Part shown: positions 21,205-31,855 of the stretch, piece by piece | Layout: every line of letters starts with the position of its first letter | How positions within the stretch are numbered: position 1 is the first letter of the stretch | Origin: Gammaproteobacteria bacterium | GTDB taxonomy: Bacteria > Pseudomonadota > Gammaproteobacteria > JBCCGL01 | Length of the DNA: 64,000 nucleotides | Assembly: GCA_965277715.1 (NCBI GenBank) | Contig: OZ255836.1 | Location: 1,248,001-1,312,000, forward strand | Reading direction: 5' to 3' | Notes under the pieces: generated by a model | What the model saw: the letters and a program-made list of their open reading frames with translations, nothing else | Database searches by the model: none | What the model was told of the DNA's origin: nothing | Position numbers and translations under genes: made by a program

Positions 21205-22774
21205 GGCTGTCTCCCTCAGTAGTCTTTTGCCCGGTAGTTTTTTCCCTGGGTGCCGATTGATTGGCGCCGCCCATCAATAAACCCAACGCTTCGACCGATA
21301 CCTCAGCCGTCGCCTGCGATGGCGACAGTTCACCCGCGCAGATCGCCGCAATCCGGTCACTGATGGCGATCAGCTCATCGAGGTCCTGGGAGATCAGCAA
21401 TATCGCCGAGCCCTGTTTGGCCAGATCGATAAGCGCCTGGTGAATGGCACTGGCAGCCCCGGCATCGACCCCCCAGGTAGGCTGCGACACGACTAACACA
21501 TCCGGCTGCTGTAAGACCTCGCGGCCAATAATAAATTTTTGCAGATTACCGCCGGACAAGCTCGCCGCTTCGGCTTTACCGCCCGCACATTTCACACCGT
21601 AGTTGTCGATAATTTTCCGGGCAAACGCATCGCGCTCGGCAAACTGAACAAACCCAGAGCGCACCAGGCCCATACGCCGATAGGCGGTGAGAAAGGTGTT
21701 TTCCTCCAGACTCATCACCGGCACGGCGCCGTGCCCCAGGCGCTCTTCCGGCACACAGCACAAACCCAGGTCACGCCGTTGGCTGGCGTTCAAATGGGCA
21801 CTGGGTTTGCCATCTAGCTGCACCACATTGGGGTCGCTACACGTCACCTCCCCACTGAGCGCTTTGAGTAACTCGATCTGCCCATTCCCGGCGACACCCG
21901 CGATACCGAGGATTTCGCCCGCCCGCACATCGAGTGAAATATCTTTCAGGGAGACAGAAAAACTGTCCTCCGATGGCAGGCTCAACCCGCGCACTGACAG
22001 GCGCTGCGCCGTACCTTCGGTGGCCTGCTTTGGCTCCGGGCGTTGCAGTTCACTCCCCATCATCAGTGCCGCGAGCGACTGCGCAGTCTCCTGCTGTGGG
22101 TCGGCTGCGGCGACACGCCTGCCCTGGCGAAGGATAGTGGCACCGCTACACAGGGCCTTGATTTCGTCGAGCTTGTGACTGATATACAGGATCGACATGC
22201 CCTCTGCGGCGAGCCTGCGCAATGTTTGGAATAGTTTGTCGACCTCTTGCGGAGTCAGTACAGACGTCGGTTCGTCCATCACCAACAGTTTGGGGTTTTG
22301 TAAAAGGCAGCGGATGATTTCGATGCGTTGCTGTTCACCGACAGACAGGGTGTGAACGTGCCGCTGTGGATCGAGAGGCAGGCCGTAGTTGCCCGACACC
22401 TCGACGATACGAGTCTCCAGCGTTTTTAGATCGGACTTTTCATCCATGCCCAGCGCAATATTTTCCAGCACGGTGAGGGATTCAAACAGGGAGAAATGCT
22501 GAAACACCATAGCGATGCCCAGACGGCGTGCGGCGGCCGGGTTGGCAACCTCCACCGTCTGGCCCTGCCAGCGCAGGTAACCTGCATCGGCTTTCAATAT
22601 GCCGTAGATAATCTTCACCAGGGTGCTTTTTCCCGCACCGTTCTCCCCTAACAACGCGTGTATTTCGCCCGGCTTGATGGACAAATCGATTGCGTCATTC
22701 GCCAGGCAACCAGGAAAGGATTTACTGATGCCCTGAAGTTGCAGTAAGTCTTGAGTCTCGGATGAAGTTGTCAT
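21194..22774 (-). CDS. ABC transporter ATP-binding protein (two NBDs)
   Basis: GENGAGKST, DEPTSVLTPQE, GVAGNGQ, LSGGNLQK, QPTWGVD. Confidence 0.95.
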   Translation of the reverse strand: MTTSSETQDLLQLQGISKSFPGCLANDAIDLSIKPGEIHALLGENGAGKSTLVKIIYGILKADAGYLRWQGQTVEVANPAAARRLGIAMVFQHFSLFESLTVLENIALGMDEKSDLKTLETRIVEVSGNYGLPLDPQRHVHTLSVGEQQRIEIIRCLLQNPKLLVMDEPTSVLTPQEVDKLFQTLRRLAAEGMSILYISHKLDEIKALCSGATILRQGRRVAAADPQQETAQSLAALMMGSELQRPEPKQATEGTAQRLSVRGLSLPSEDSFSVSLKDISLDVRAGEILGIAGVAGNGQIELLKALSGEVTCSDPNVVQLDGKPSAHLNASQRRDLGLCCVPEERLGHGAVPVMSLEENTFLTAYRRMGLVRSGFVQFAERDAFARKIIDNYGVKCAGGKAEAASLSGGNLQKFIIGREVLQQPDVLVVSQPTWGVDAGAASAIHQALIDLAKQGSAILLISQDLDELIAISDRIAAICAGELSPSQATAEVSVEALGLLMGGANQSAPREKTTGQKTTEGDSHAA

Positions 22775-22897
22775 TCCAATGCAGTGATCATTTTAGTTTG
22801 CCAACGGTTGCCTGCAATTTAACCAGTTAAATTGCAAACCGGGTAGTTATTATTTGTTTTACGCCAGAAATCGCCTTGCTTAGCCCTATAAATAAAC

Positions 22898-22913
22898 TTG
22901 ACCAAATGGTCAG
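22898..22913. promoter_or_regulatory. RutR-type operator
   Basis: TTGACCAAATGGTCAG has one mismatch to the RutR box TTGACCAnnTGGTCAA; lies between the divergent ABC and xdh operons; a RutR-like gene is at 31856. Confidence 0.85.
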
Positions 22914-22991
22914 CTTTGATTCAAAGTATACGCACAAGCCAAACCTGTGGGCAAGTGCTGCTTTCTTTGAATAACGAACTAATACCACACT

Positions 22992-24575
22992 GTGATTAAA
23001 TTCCTCCTCAACGAAACCCCCGTGGAGATTGCCGATGGCGATCCCAATCTGACGGTATTGGATTACCTGCGTACACACAAAAACCTGTGCGGTAGCAAAG
23101 AGGGCTGCGCCTCTGGCGACTGTGGCGCCTGCACGGTGGTGCTGGCCAGCCCCAGTAACACCAGCCTCAGTAACACCAGCCCCAACAGCAATGCAGCAGC
23201 CGATAACCCATTGGAATACAACGCAGTGAATAGCTGCATCACCTTTATCGGTGCGCTGCACGGCAGGCAATTACTCACTGTCGAACACCTGGCACACCAG
23301 AATCAACTGCACCCGGTACAACAGGCTATGGTGGACTGCCACGGCTCACAGTGTGGCTTTTGTACACCGGGGTTTGTAATGTCGATGTTTGCGCTTTACA
23401 AAAACCCCGCCTATAGCAAACCCTTCAATAACAACCCCCCCAATAACAAACCCGATAGCAAATCCAGTGACAACGCGGACAATAACAAGGTAAGTAGTGC
23501 AGCAGAACACCATCACCACGCCATTATCGAAGAGGCACTATCAGGCAATTTGTGCCGCTGCACAGGCTATCGCCCAATTATTGAGGCCACTCAAATGGCG
23601 TGTAACAACCCGGTGGACGATCAATTTAGCCAACACCAGCAGTCGGTCACCCGGCAGCTTGCAGCGATAACACAAACAGCCTCGCTAAGCGATAAAGCCA
23701 CGGGGAACGACACTTTCTACGCCCCCACAACAGTCGAACAGCTCGCTGAACGACTCGCCCGACAACCCCACGCCCGCTTGAGTGCTGGCAGTACTGACCT
23801 GGCCCTGGAGGTCACCCAGCAGTTGCGCCCTGTCACCCCGCTGATTTACCTCGGGCGGGTGGCGGAGCTACTCGCTATACAGGAAGCGCCGCAGCAGTTC
23901 CGTATCGGGGCAGCGGTCAGCTATTCACAGTGTTACGCGACGGTGCGCAACGCCTACCCCGCATTCGCCGATATGCTACTGCGCCTGGGGTCACGGCAAA
24001 TTCGCAACCAGGGAACACTCGGCGGCAATATTGGCAACGCCTCACCGATCGGTGACACCCCCCCTGTGCTGATCGCCCTGCGCAGCCATATCGTGCTGGC
24101 ATCACAGCGGGCAAACCGGGAGATCCCGCTGGAAGATTATTTCCACAGTTACAAGCAAACCGATTTGCAGCCCGGTGAGTTTATCCGCGATATTTTATTG
24201 CCAAAACCCCTGCCGGGTTACCGCCTGCTGGTCTATAAAATCAGCAAGCGGTTTGACGATGATATTTCGGCCATACTGATGGCCATTTGGATCCATTATG
24301 ACGGTGACACTGTCGCGGATATTGTCATCGCCTGCGGCGGCATGGCGGCCACACCTAAGCGGGCGATACACTGTGAACAGGCGTTGCTGAATAACCCTTT
24401 GAACGATGAGACGATTGCCGCCGCACAACGCGCACTGGACAAAGACTTTCAGCCCATTGACGATGTGCGCGCCAGCGCCCACTACCGTCTTCAGGTGGCG
24501 AAAAACCTATTGACCCGCCTGCACCTTGAACTGACCGAACCCGATGAGCAAACGCAGCTTAACCAACATGCCTGA
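22992..24575 (+). CDS. xdhA: Xanthine dehydrogenase small (FeS/FAD) subunit
   Basis: KEGCASGDCGACT, HGSQCGFCTPGF, GNLCRCTGYRPI, GGNIGNASPIGD, YKISKRFDDDISA. Confidence 0.96.
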   Translation: MIKFLLNETPVEIADGDPNLTVLDYLRTHKNLCGSKEGCASGDCGACTVVLASPSNTSLSNTSPNSNAAADNPLEYNAVNSCITFIGALHGRQLLTVEHLAHQNQLHPVQQAMVDCHGSQCGFCTPGFVMSMFALYKNPAYSKPFNNNPPNNKPDSKSSDNADNNKVSSAAEHHHHAIIEEALSGNLCRCTGYRPIIEATQMACNNPVDDQFSQHQQSVTRQLAAITQTASLSDKATGNDTFYAPTTVEQLAERLARQPHARLSAGSTDLALEVTQQLRPVTPLIYLGRVAELLAIQEAPQQFRIGAAVSYSQCYATVRNAYPAFADMLLRLGSRQIRNQGTLGGNIGNASPIGDTPPVLIALRSHIVLASQRANREIPLEDYFHSYKQTDLQPGEFIRDILLPKPLPGYRLLVYKISKRFDDDISAILMAIWIHYDGDTVADIVIACGGMAATPKRAIHCEQALLNNPLNDETIAAAQRALDKDFQPIDDVRASAHYRLQVAKNLLTRLHLELTEPDEQTQLNQHA

Positions 24576-26898
24576 AGCCTCTATCACGCCCTCCCACGTC
24601 CAGTCTGATGGCCCAATCGGTCAGCCACGCACGCACGACAGCGCCGTGCAACACGTCAGCGGCAAAGCGCGCTACATTGACGATATTCCCGCGCTGCAAA
24701 ACCAGTTGCACGCCTACGTTGGCCAAAGCAGTGTCGCACACGGCACCATCACCGCGATGGATCTGACGCGGGTGCGCAATGCCGAGGGCGTGGTCGATGT
24801 AATCAGTGCCGCCGATGTACCCGGACAACTGGATATTGGCCCCGTGTTCCCAGGCGACCCCATGCTGGTAGAAAGCGAGGTGAACCATTATGGCCAAGCG
24901 GTCTTTGCCGTGCTCGCCAGCAGTTACCAGGCGGCGCGCAAGGCGGCCCAACTGGCCGACATCCGCTACGCAGAGGCCCCCCCTGTGTTGGATACCGATA
25001 ACGCACTGGCACAACAGTTGTTTGTGCGCCCCACCCATCATATGCAGCGAGGCGATGCCGAAGCGGCGCTACAAAGCGCTCCGCATTGTGTGCAAGGTCA
25101 GCTCGCCATCGGCGGCCAGGAACATTTTTACCTTGAGGGGCAGGTTTCGCTGGCAGAGCCTGGCGACGATGGTGGTATGCTGATTCACACCTCATCACAA
25201 CACCCTTCTGAGGTTCAAAAGCTGGCCGCTGAAGTGCTGGCTATTCCTTTTAACCAGGTCACCGTGAGCACGCGCCGCATGGGTGGTGCCTTTGGCGGCA
25301 AAGAGACCCAGGCAGCCGCCTGGGCGTGCATTGCGGCGCTGCTGGCACAACGCAACCACTGCGCGGTGAAACTGCGCCTGGCACGCCGCGACGATATGAT
25401 CCTGACGGGTAAACGCCACCCTTTTTCGGCCCGCTACCGGGTGGGCTTTGATACGCAGGGGCAATTGCTCGGCATCGAACACCTATTGGCCGGTGCCTGT
25501 GGTCACTCCCCCGATCTCTCCGATCCCATCGTCGATCGCGCTATGTTTCATTGTGATAACGCCTATTACCTGCCCAACGCCGCAGTCACAGGCTATCGCT
25601 GCAAAACACACACAGTTTCCAACACCGCTTTTCGCGGCTTTGGCGGCCCCCAGGGTATGCTGGCGATGGAGGCGGCGATAGACGATATTGCGCGGGCGAC
25701 AAACCGTGACCCACTGGATATACGCAAACAGAATTATTACGGTGGTGAGGGCAGAGAGACGACACATTACTACCAACAGGTCGAGCATTTCACCGTACCG
25801 GCAATGACCGAACAACTGGAAAAAGACTGTGCATACCGCGCCCGCCGCCAGGCCATTACCACCTTCAATCAACACAGCCGTGTGCTTAAAAAAGGCCTGG
25901 CACTCACCCCGGTTAAATTTGGCATTTCATTTACCGTGACCCACCTGAATCAGGCCGGTGCGCTGGTGCATATTTATACCGATGGCAGCATTCACCTCAA
26001 CCACGGCGGCACAGAAATGGGCCAGGGTCTCTACACCAAGGTGGCACAGATCGTCGCCAGTGTCTTCTCAGTCGATGTCGACCGCGTGGGTATCTCGGCG
26101 GCGCGCACCGACAAAGTGCCCAACACCTCGCCAACAGCCGCCTCTTCGGGCACCGACATCAACGGTATGGCCGCGCTCAATGCAGCGACAAAAATCCGCC
26201 AGCGCTTAATCGATTTTGCCTGCGAGCACTACAGTGTCGACAGTACACAGGTTGCCTTTGCCAATAATCGGGTCACCGTCGGTGAGCAGATTGTCGCGTT
26301 TGCAGACCTGGTTCAGCAGGCGTATATGCACCGCATTTCCCTCTCGGCAACCGGTTTCTACCGCACCCCCAAAATACATTACGACCGCGACAGCGCCCGT
26401 GGCCGACCATTTTTCTACTACGCCAATGGCGTCGCCTGTAGCGAGATGATGATCGATACCCTCACCGGAGAGAGCCGCTGCCTGCGCGTCGATATTCTGC
26501 ACGATGTGGGCCGCTCCATTAACCCCGCTATCGACATTGGCCAGATTGAGGGCGGTTATATTCAAGGCCTGGGTTGGTTAACCAGCGAACAACTGGTATG
26601 GGATAAGCAGGGGCGCTTACTCAGTGACTCGCCCGCCACTTATAAAATCCCCGCGATCAGCGATACACCCGCCATTTTTAACGTGCAATTACTGGCCGAT
26701 TCACCCAATGCCGAGGCGAGTGTGTTTCACTCAAAAGCGGTGGGGGAGCCGCCGCTGATGCTGGCAATATCCGCCTGGTGTGCAATACGCGATGCCATCG
26801 CCTCATTGCGGGATTACCGCTTCAGCCCCCAGCTCGACGCACCGGCAACCCCGGAAAACATACTCACCGCCATCGGGCGGCTACCTGAAACACCCTGA
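24568..26898 (+). CDS. xdhB: Xanthine dehydrogenase molybdopterin-binding subunit
   Basis: GGQEHFYLEGQ, RMGGAFGGKETQ, AFRGFGGPQG, GGTEMGQGL, SKAVGEPP; ATG overlaps the xdhA end. Confidence 0.97.
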   Translation: MPEASITPSHVQSDGPIGQPRTHDSAVQHVSGKARYIDDIPALQNQLHAYVGQSSVAHGTITAMDLTRVRNAEGVVDVISAADVPGQLDIGPVFPGDPMLVESEVNHYGQAVFAVLASSYQAARKAAQLADIRYAEAPPVLDTDNALAQQLFVRPTHHMQRGDAEAALQSAPHCVQGQLAIGGQEHFYLEGQVSLAEPGDDGGMLIHTSSQHPSEVQKLAAEVLAIPFNQVTVSTRRMGGAFGGKETQAAAWACIAALLAQRNHCAVKLRLARRDDMILTGKRHPFSARYRVGFDTQGQLLGIEHLLAGACGHSPDLSDPIVDRAMFHCDNAYYLPNAAVTGYRCKTHTVSNTAFRGFGGPQGMLAMEAAIDDIARATNRDPLDIRKQNYYGGEGRETTHYYQQVEHFTVPAMTEQLEKDCAYRARRQAITTFNQHSRVLKKGLALTPVKFGISFTVTHLNQAGALVHIYTDGSIHLNHGGTEMGQGLYTKVAQIVASVFSVDVDRVGISAARTDKVPNTSPTAASSGTDINGMAALNAATKIRQRLIDFACEHYSVDSTQVAFANNRVTVGEQIVAFADLVQQAYMHRISLSATGFYRTPKIHYDRDSARGRPFFYYANGVACSEMMIDTLTGESRCLRVDILHDVGRSINPAIDIGQIEGGYIQGLGWLTSEQLVWDKQGRLLSDSPATYKIPAISDTPAIFNVQLLADSPNAEASVFHSKAVGEPPLMLAISAWCAIRDAIASLRDYRFSPQLDAPATPENILTAIGRLPETP

Positions 26899-26908
26899 AA
26901 TCACGGGC

Positions 26909-27781
26909 ATGGATAACTGGATTAACGCCATAGGGCACTGCCAACAGCGCAACCAACCCTTTGTACTGGTGACGCTGCTGGCGGTACGTGGTTCTACACC
27001 ACGCAATGCCGATAGCAAAATAGTCGTCACCCCCAGCCAGGTATTCGACTCCATCGGCGGTGGTAACCTCGAACACCAGGCGACCATCAAGGCGCGCAAG
27101 CTACTCGGCGATGACAACCCCCAAAAATCCATCGAGGAATTTTCGCTGGGTGCCTCGTTGGGCCAATGCTGCGGCGGACATGCCACTCTACTGTTTGAAC
27201 CCTTCTCGGCAAACCCGTTTAATGTGGTGTTATTTGGCGCGGGCCATGTGGCCAGTGCACTGGTAAAAATACTGTCTGAGCTACCGTGCACACTGCATTG
27301 GTACGATTCACGCGAGGCGTTTGTCGAGCAGCACACCGATACCCGGCGGCTGGCCTTTCACGACGCGCCCGAATCGTTGGTCGATACAGCCCCCGCCGGG
27401 ACAAGCTTTCTGATAATGACTCACGATCACGCGCTGGACTTTGTGTTATGCGGGCAGGTGTTGGATCGCCACCGGCAAAAACAGGATGTGGAATTTTGCG
27501 GCTTGATCGGTTCAAACAGCAAAGCCGCCAAGTTCCGTAAACGCCTGGCTTACAAAGGGTTTGATTCGACCAGTATCGGGCATTTACAGTGTCCGGTTGG
27601 GCTGGTCGGTATTCCCGGCAAACACCCCATGCAAATAGCCGTATCGATTGCGGCTGAGTTAATACAGCGGCAGGCGGCAGAAAATACACCGGGCGATAAA
27701 GCCTCAGATGATAAACCCTCTATCAATAAAACCCAGGCCAGTGTACCGCGAGAACAACTGTTAAAGCTGATACGGGCTTAA
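26909..27781 (+). CDS. xdhC: Xanthine dehydrogenase accessory protein
   Basis: GSTPR, SIGGGNLE, LGASLGQCCGG, FGAGHV, MTHDHALD, GLIGS; start at MDNWI. Confidence 0.94.
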   Translation: MDNWINAIGHCQQRNQPFVLVTLLAVRGSTPRNADSKIVVTPSQVFDSIGGGNLEHQATIKARKLLGDDNPQKSIEEFSLGASLGQCCGGHATLLFEPFSANPFNVVLFGAGHVASALVKILSELPCTLHWYDSREAFVEQHTDTRRLAFHDAPESLVDTAPAGTSFLIMTHDHALDFVLCGQVLDRHRQKQDVEFCGLIGSNSKAAKFRKRLAYKGFDSTSIGHLQCPVGLVGIPGKHPMQIAVSIAAELIQRQAAENTPGDKASDDKPSINKTQASVPREQLLKLIRA

Positions 27782-27833
27782 ACGGGTGCCGTCGACAACC
27801 GGCTAAAAATTGGCCAACAACCGGAAACAAGCG

Positions 27834-28175
27834 ATGAGCCAGATAACCACACATATTTTAGACACCAGCACCGGCACCCCAGCGGCTAATATACCGTTGC
27901 ATCTATCAAAAAGAGTTGATGGGCAATGGCTGGATATCGCCTCTGGCATCAGCGATCAGGATGGCCGTGTCGGCGACTTAATTGACGACGGCTGTGTATT
28001 GGACGCAGGTGATTACAAGCTGTTTTTCGATACGGCGCACTACTTTACCTCGCTGGGTAAACCGGGGTTTTACCCCTGGGTCGAGGTCGTGTTCAGTATC
28101 GCTGGAGACGGCCGACACTACCATATCCCCCTATTGCTCTCGCCCTTTGGCTACTCTACTTATCGCGGTAGTTAG
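27834..28175 (+). CDS. uraH: 5-hydroxyisourate hydrolase
   Basis: ITTHILDT, DGR, HYHIPLLLSPFGYSTYRGS transthyretin-like signature. Confidence 0.96.
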   Translation: MSQITTHILDTSTGTPAANIPLHLSKRVDGQWLDIASGISDQDGRVGDLIDDGCVLDAGDYKLFFDTAHYFTSLGKPGFYPWVEVVFSIAGDGRHYHIPLLLSPFGYSTYRGS

Positions 28176-28189
28176 CGGAGCCGTTAACG

Positions 28190-29485
28190 ATGCCATCACT
28201 CAGCGCTCACCGGGGCCAGATTCTGCACCTGCTCGACGACCCTGGGAATGATTCAGGTGCATACGAATTTATCGAAGACGGTATTTTGCTGGTCGATGAA
28301 GGGTGTATCAGCGCCTGCGGGCCAGCCGCTGCACTGCGGGAAAAACTGCCGCCGGAAACCCAGGTTCTGGAGCACAAAAATGGCCTGATAACCCCCGGTT
28401 TTATCGATACTCATATTCACTTTCCACAGTGTGACATCATCGCCTCCTACGGCACCCAGCTACTCGACTGGCTGGAAACCTACACATTCCCCACCGAGGC
28501 ACGGTTCAACGACAGGCAACACAGCGACGCCACCGCTGAATTTTTCCTCGACGAGTTATTGCGCAACGGCACCACCACCGCGCTGGTATTTGGCACCTCG
28601 CACCGGCAATCGGTGGAGAGTTTCTTTACTGCGGCGCAGCGCCGTTCGCTGCGGATGATCTGCGGCAAGGTAATGATGGATCGCAACGCCCCAGAGGCAC
28701 TGTGCGACACCCCCGAATCGTCGCGGGTCGACAGCCAGTTATTGATCGACCGCTGGCACGGTAAAGACCGGCTCGGCTACGCCGTGACCCCGCGCTTTGC
28801 CCCCACCAGCTCCCCTGAGCAATTGACCATTGCCGGGCAGTTACTGACGACAAACCCAGGCGTACACCTGCACACACACCTGGCAGAAAATGCCGACGAG
28901 TGCGCGTGGGTGCACTCGCTGTTCCCCAACAGCGACAATTACCTCGATGTTTACGATCACTATGGTCTGCTGGGTAGGCGCTCGGTATTCGCCCACGGTA
29001 TTCACCTCACCGATAGCGAGTGGGCTCGCCTGGCGCAGAGCGAATCGGCGATTGCCTTCTGCCCTACGTCCAATTTGTTTATCGGTAGCGGCCTGTTTCG
29101 CCTGGCACAGGCCAAAAAGTACCAGGTCAACGTCGGCATGGGCACCGATGTGGGCGGTGGCGACAGCTTTTCGCTGTTGAGAACCCTCAATGAGGCCTAC
29201 AAAACCCAGCAACTGCTGGCCTATAACATCGACGCGCTGCAAATGCTTTACCTGGCGACACTCGGCGGTGCGCGTGCGCTGGATCTGGACAACTGCATCG
29301 GCAATTTCGAGCGGGGCAAAGAAGCCGATTTTGTCGTGCTCGACTACGCTGCCACCCCATTGATTGCGCGCCGCCAAAACACCTGTCAATCCATCCATGA
29401 ACGCCTGTTTGCGCTGTTAATGCTCGGTGATGACCGCGCCATTCGCTCAAGCTGGTCACTCGGACGTTGTGTACATGAACGCTGA
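28190..29485 (+). CDS. guaD: Guanine deaminase
   Basis: DTHIHFPQ, LLDWLETYTFPTE, YAVTPRFAPTS, THLAEN, GTDVGGG, GDDR. Confidence 0.95.
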   Translation: MPSLSAHRGQILHLLDDPGNDSGAYEFIEDGILLVDEGCISACGPAAALREKLPPETQVLEHKNGLITPGFIDTHIHFPQCDIIASYGTQLLDWLETYTFPTEARFNDRQHSDATAEFFLDELLRNGTTTALVFGTSHRQSVESFFTAAQRRSLRMICGKVMMDRNAPEALCDTPESSRVDSQLLIDRWHGKDRLGYAVTPRFAPTSSPEQLTIAGQLLTTNPGVHLHTHLAENADECAWVHSLFPNSDNYLDVYDHYGLLGRRSVFAHGIHLTDSEWARLAQSESAIAFCPTSNLFIGSGLFRLAQAKKYQVNVGMGTDVGGGDSFSLLRTLNEAYKTQQLLAYNIDALQMLYLATLGGARALDLDNCIGNFERGKEADFVVLDYAATPLIARRQNTCQSIHERLFALLMLGDDRAIRSSWSLGRCVHER

Positions 29486-30491
29486 ACAATTTATTCAAAA
29501 TCTGCCAAAAGCTGAGCTACACCTGCATATCGAAGGCACATTTGAACCCGAGCTGATGTTCGCCATCGCGCAACGAAATAATATTGACCTGCCCTACCGC
29601 AGTGTCGAGCAACTGCGCGAAGCGTACAACTTTTCCAACTTGCAGGATTTTCTGGATATTTATTATCAGGGGATGAATGTTCTGAGAACACAGCGGGATT
29701 TTTACGAACTGACGCGTGACTACCTGGCCCGCGCTCATACACAAGGTGTTCGTCATGTGGAAATATTTTTCGATCCGCAAGGGCACGTGAGCCGTGGCAT
29801 TTCATTTGAAACAGTACTGGACGGTCTGCACCAGGCGCTCACCGAAAGCGAAGCAATGCACGGCATCAGCTTCCACATTATCATGTGTTTTCTTCGCCAC
29901 CTCGACCAGGATGATGCCTTCAAAACACTGGATATGGCGATGCCATACCGCGACAGAATAATCGGTGTCGGCCTCGATTCATCCGAGCGCGGCAACCCGC
30001 CTGAAAAATTCACCGGGGTGTTTGCCGCCGCCCGCCAGGCCGGTTTTCGCTGTGTGGCACACGCGGGTGAAGAAGGCCCGGCGGACTACGTGCGCCAGGC
30101 GCTGGATCAGTTGCAAATCGAACGCATCGACCACGGCAATGCAGCGCTCGATGACCCCGCGCTGGTCAATTACCTGGCCAAACAACAAATTGCCCTGACC
30201 GTTTGCCCACTCTCCAACCTCAAGCTATGCGTGGTCGACAGCGTCGATCAACACCCGCTGCCCACGATGCTGCGCCATAATTTATGCATCACCTTAAACT
30301 CAGACGACCCTGCCTACTTCGGTGGTTACATCAATGAAAACTACCAGGTGATGCAGCAGGCTTTTTCGCTGGACATTGATACATTGGCCACACTGGCCAA
30401 AAACAGCTTTACCGCATCGTTCGCATCACAGCAGCGCATTAACACCTGCCTGGATGCGGTAGATGACTATCTAAAACAATGCAATCAGTGA
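29475..30491 (+). CDS. Adenine/adenosine deaminase
   Basis: LPKAELHLHIEGTFEPE, FFDPQ, AHAGEEGP, RIDHG, NSDDPAYFGGY; start at MNAEQF. Confidence 0.92.
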   Translation: MNAEQFIQNLPKAELHLHIEGTFEPELMFAIAQRNNIDLPYRSVEQLREAYNFSNLQDFLDIYYQGMNVLRTQRDFYELTRDYLARAHTQGVRHVEIFFDPQGHVSRGISFETVLDGLHQALTESEAMHGISFHIIMCFLRHLDQDDAFKTLDMAMPYRDRIIGVGLDSSERGNPPEKFTGVFAAARQAGFRCVAHAGEEGPADYVRQALDQLQIERIDHGNAALDDPALVNYLAKQQIALTVCPLSNLKLCVVDSVDQHPLPTMLRHNLCITLNSDDPAYFGGYINENYQVMQQAFSLDIDTLATLAKNSFTASFASQQRINTCLDAVDDYLKQCNQ

Positions 30492-30500
30492 GTTAACCCT

Positions 30501-31853
30501 ATGCGCTTATGGATAAAAAACCCACTCGCAATTCACGCCCCCCATGCACGCGACGCGGGCGGTGGTCTGGTGATCGAAGACCAGCTTATCGCAGAAGTCG
30601 TGCCCAATGGCGGTGCACCGGAAAAGCCGGTCGATAACACATTTGATGCCAGCGAACACGTGGTGCTGCCCGGCCTTATCAACACACACCACCACTTTTA
30701 TCAAACCCTGACCCGCGCCTGCCCCACCGCGCTGAATAAGCCTCTATTCCCGTGGTTGAAAAGCCTGTACAAAATCTGGGCTGGCCTGGATGACTCCATG
30801 ATCGCGCTATCAACCCGGCTCGCCAGCGCCGAATTACTACTCTCAGGTTGTACGACCAGCGCCGATCACCACTACCTCTTCCCTGAAAAAGCGCGCCATG
30901 CACTCGATACCCAGGTAGAGGCCATTGGCGATACCGGCATCCGCGCCACCCTCACACGCGGCTCAATGAGCCTCGGCGAAGACCAGGGTGGGCTGCCACC
31001 TCGCAATACGGTGCAAACAGAGGAAGACATTCTTGCCGACTGCGAAGCCGTTATTGGCAAATACCACGATGGCAGCGCCAACAGCGCATTACAAATCGCC
31101 CTAGCCCCCTGCTCGCCTTTTAGCGTCTCCACAGACTTAATGCGCGAATCGGCGCAACTGGCGCGGCGGCACGGCGTACGCCTGCACACGCACCTGGCAG
31201 AAACACACGATGAAACCGCGTTTTGCCTGCGCCAATTTGGCATGCGCCCGGTGGATTACCTGGAATCAGTCGGTTGGCTATCAGACGATGTCTGGCTGGC
31301 ACACGGCATTCATTTCTCAGCAGAGGAAATCCAGCGCCTCGGCGCGCAGCGCGTTGGCATAGCCCATTGTCCCAGCTCAAATATGCTGCTCGCATCAGGC
31401 ACCTGCGCGACCCTGGACAGCGCCGCCGCCGGTAGCCCAATCGGTATAGGCGTGGACGGTTCAGCCTCCAATGACGGTTCCAATATGATCCAGGAGCTTC
31501 GCCAGGCACTGCTATTACAGCGCCTTCATTACGGTGCAGAGCGCATCAGCCATCAGGTTGTGCTGAACTGGGCCACCGAGGGGTCAGCCGCCTGCCTGGG
31601 CCGTAGCGATATTGGCCACATCAATCCGGGCATGCTCGCTGACCTGGCCTTGTTTCAACCGGACGAATTGCGTTTTTCAGGTGTTGGCGATCCGCTGGCT
31701 GCGCTGCTGCTGTGTGGTGCTCACCATGCCGATCATGTCATGGTGGGTGGACAGTGGAAGGTAAGCAAAGGTGAACTGTTAACACTCGACACCGATCAAT
31801 TGATGCACGAACACCAGGTTGCGGCCAAACACCTGCTAAAAATAGCGACCTGA
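30501..31853 (+). CDS. 8-oxoguanine deaminase-like amidohydrolase
   Basis: PGLINTHHHFYQTLTR, DHHYLFP, APCSPFSV, THLAET, GVDGSASND; purine cluster context. Confidence 0.85.
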   Translation: MRLWIKNPLAIHAPHARDAGGGLVIEDQLIAEVVPNGGAPEKPVDNTFDASEHVVLPGLINTHHHFYQTLTRACPTALNKPLFPWLKSLYKIWAGLDDSMIALSTRLASAELLLSGCTTSADHHYLFPEKARHALDTQVEAIGDTGIRATLTRGSMSLGEDQGGLPPRNTVQTEEDILADCEAVIGKYHDGSANSALQIALAPCSPFSVSTDLMRESAQLARRHGVRLHTHLAETHDETAFCLRQFGMRPVDYLESVGWLSDDVWLAHGIHFSAEEIQRLGAQRVGIAHCPSSNMLLASGTCATLDSAAAGSPIGIGVDGSASNDGSNMIQELRQALLLQRLHYGAERISHQVVLNWATEGSAACLGRSDIGHINPGMLADLALFQPDELRFSGVGDPLAALLLCGAHHADHVMVGGQWKVSKGELLTLDTDQLMHEHQVAAKHLLKIAT

Positions 31854-31855
31854 TA

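Noticed and set aside
26780-26908. Long N-terminal extension of xdhC in the ORF track (similar cases: trpB, leuC, xdhB, adenine deaminase, dctM, hflD)
   Set aside because: The extensions overlap upstream genes or lack family similarity; downstream ATGs fit better.
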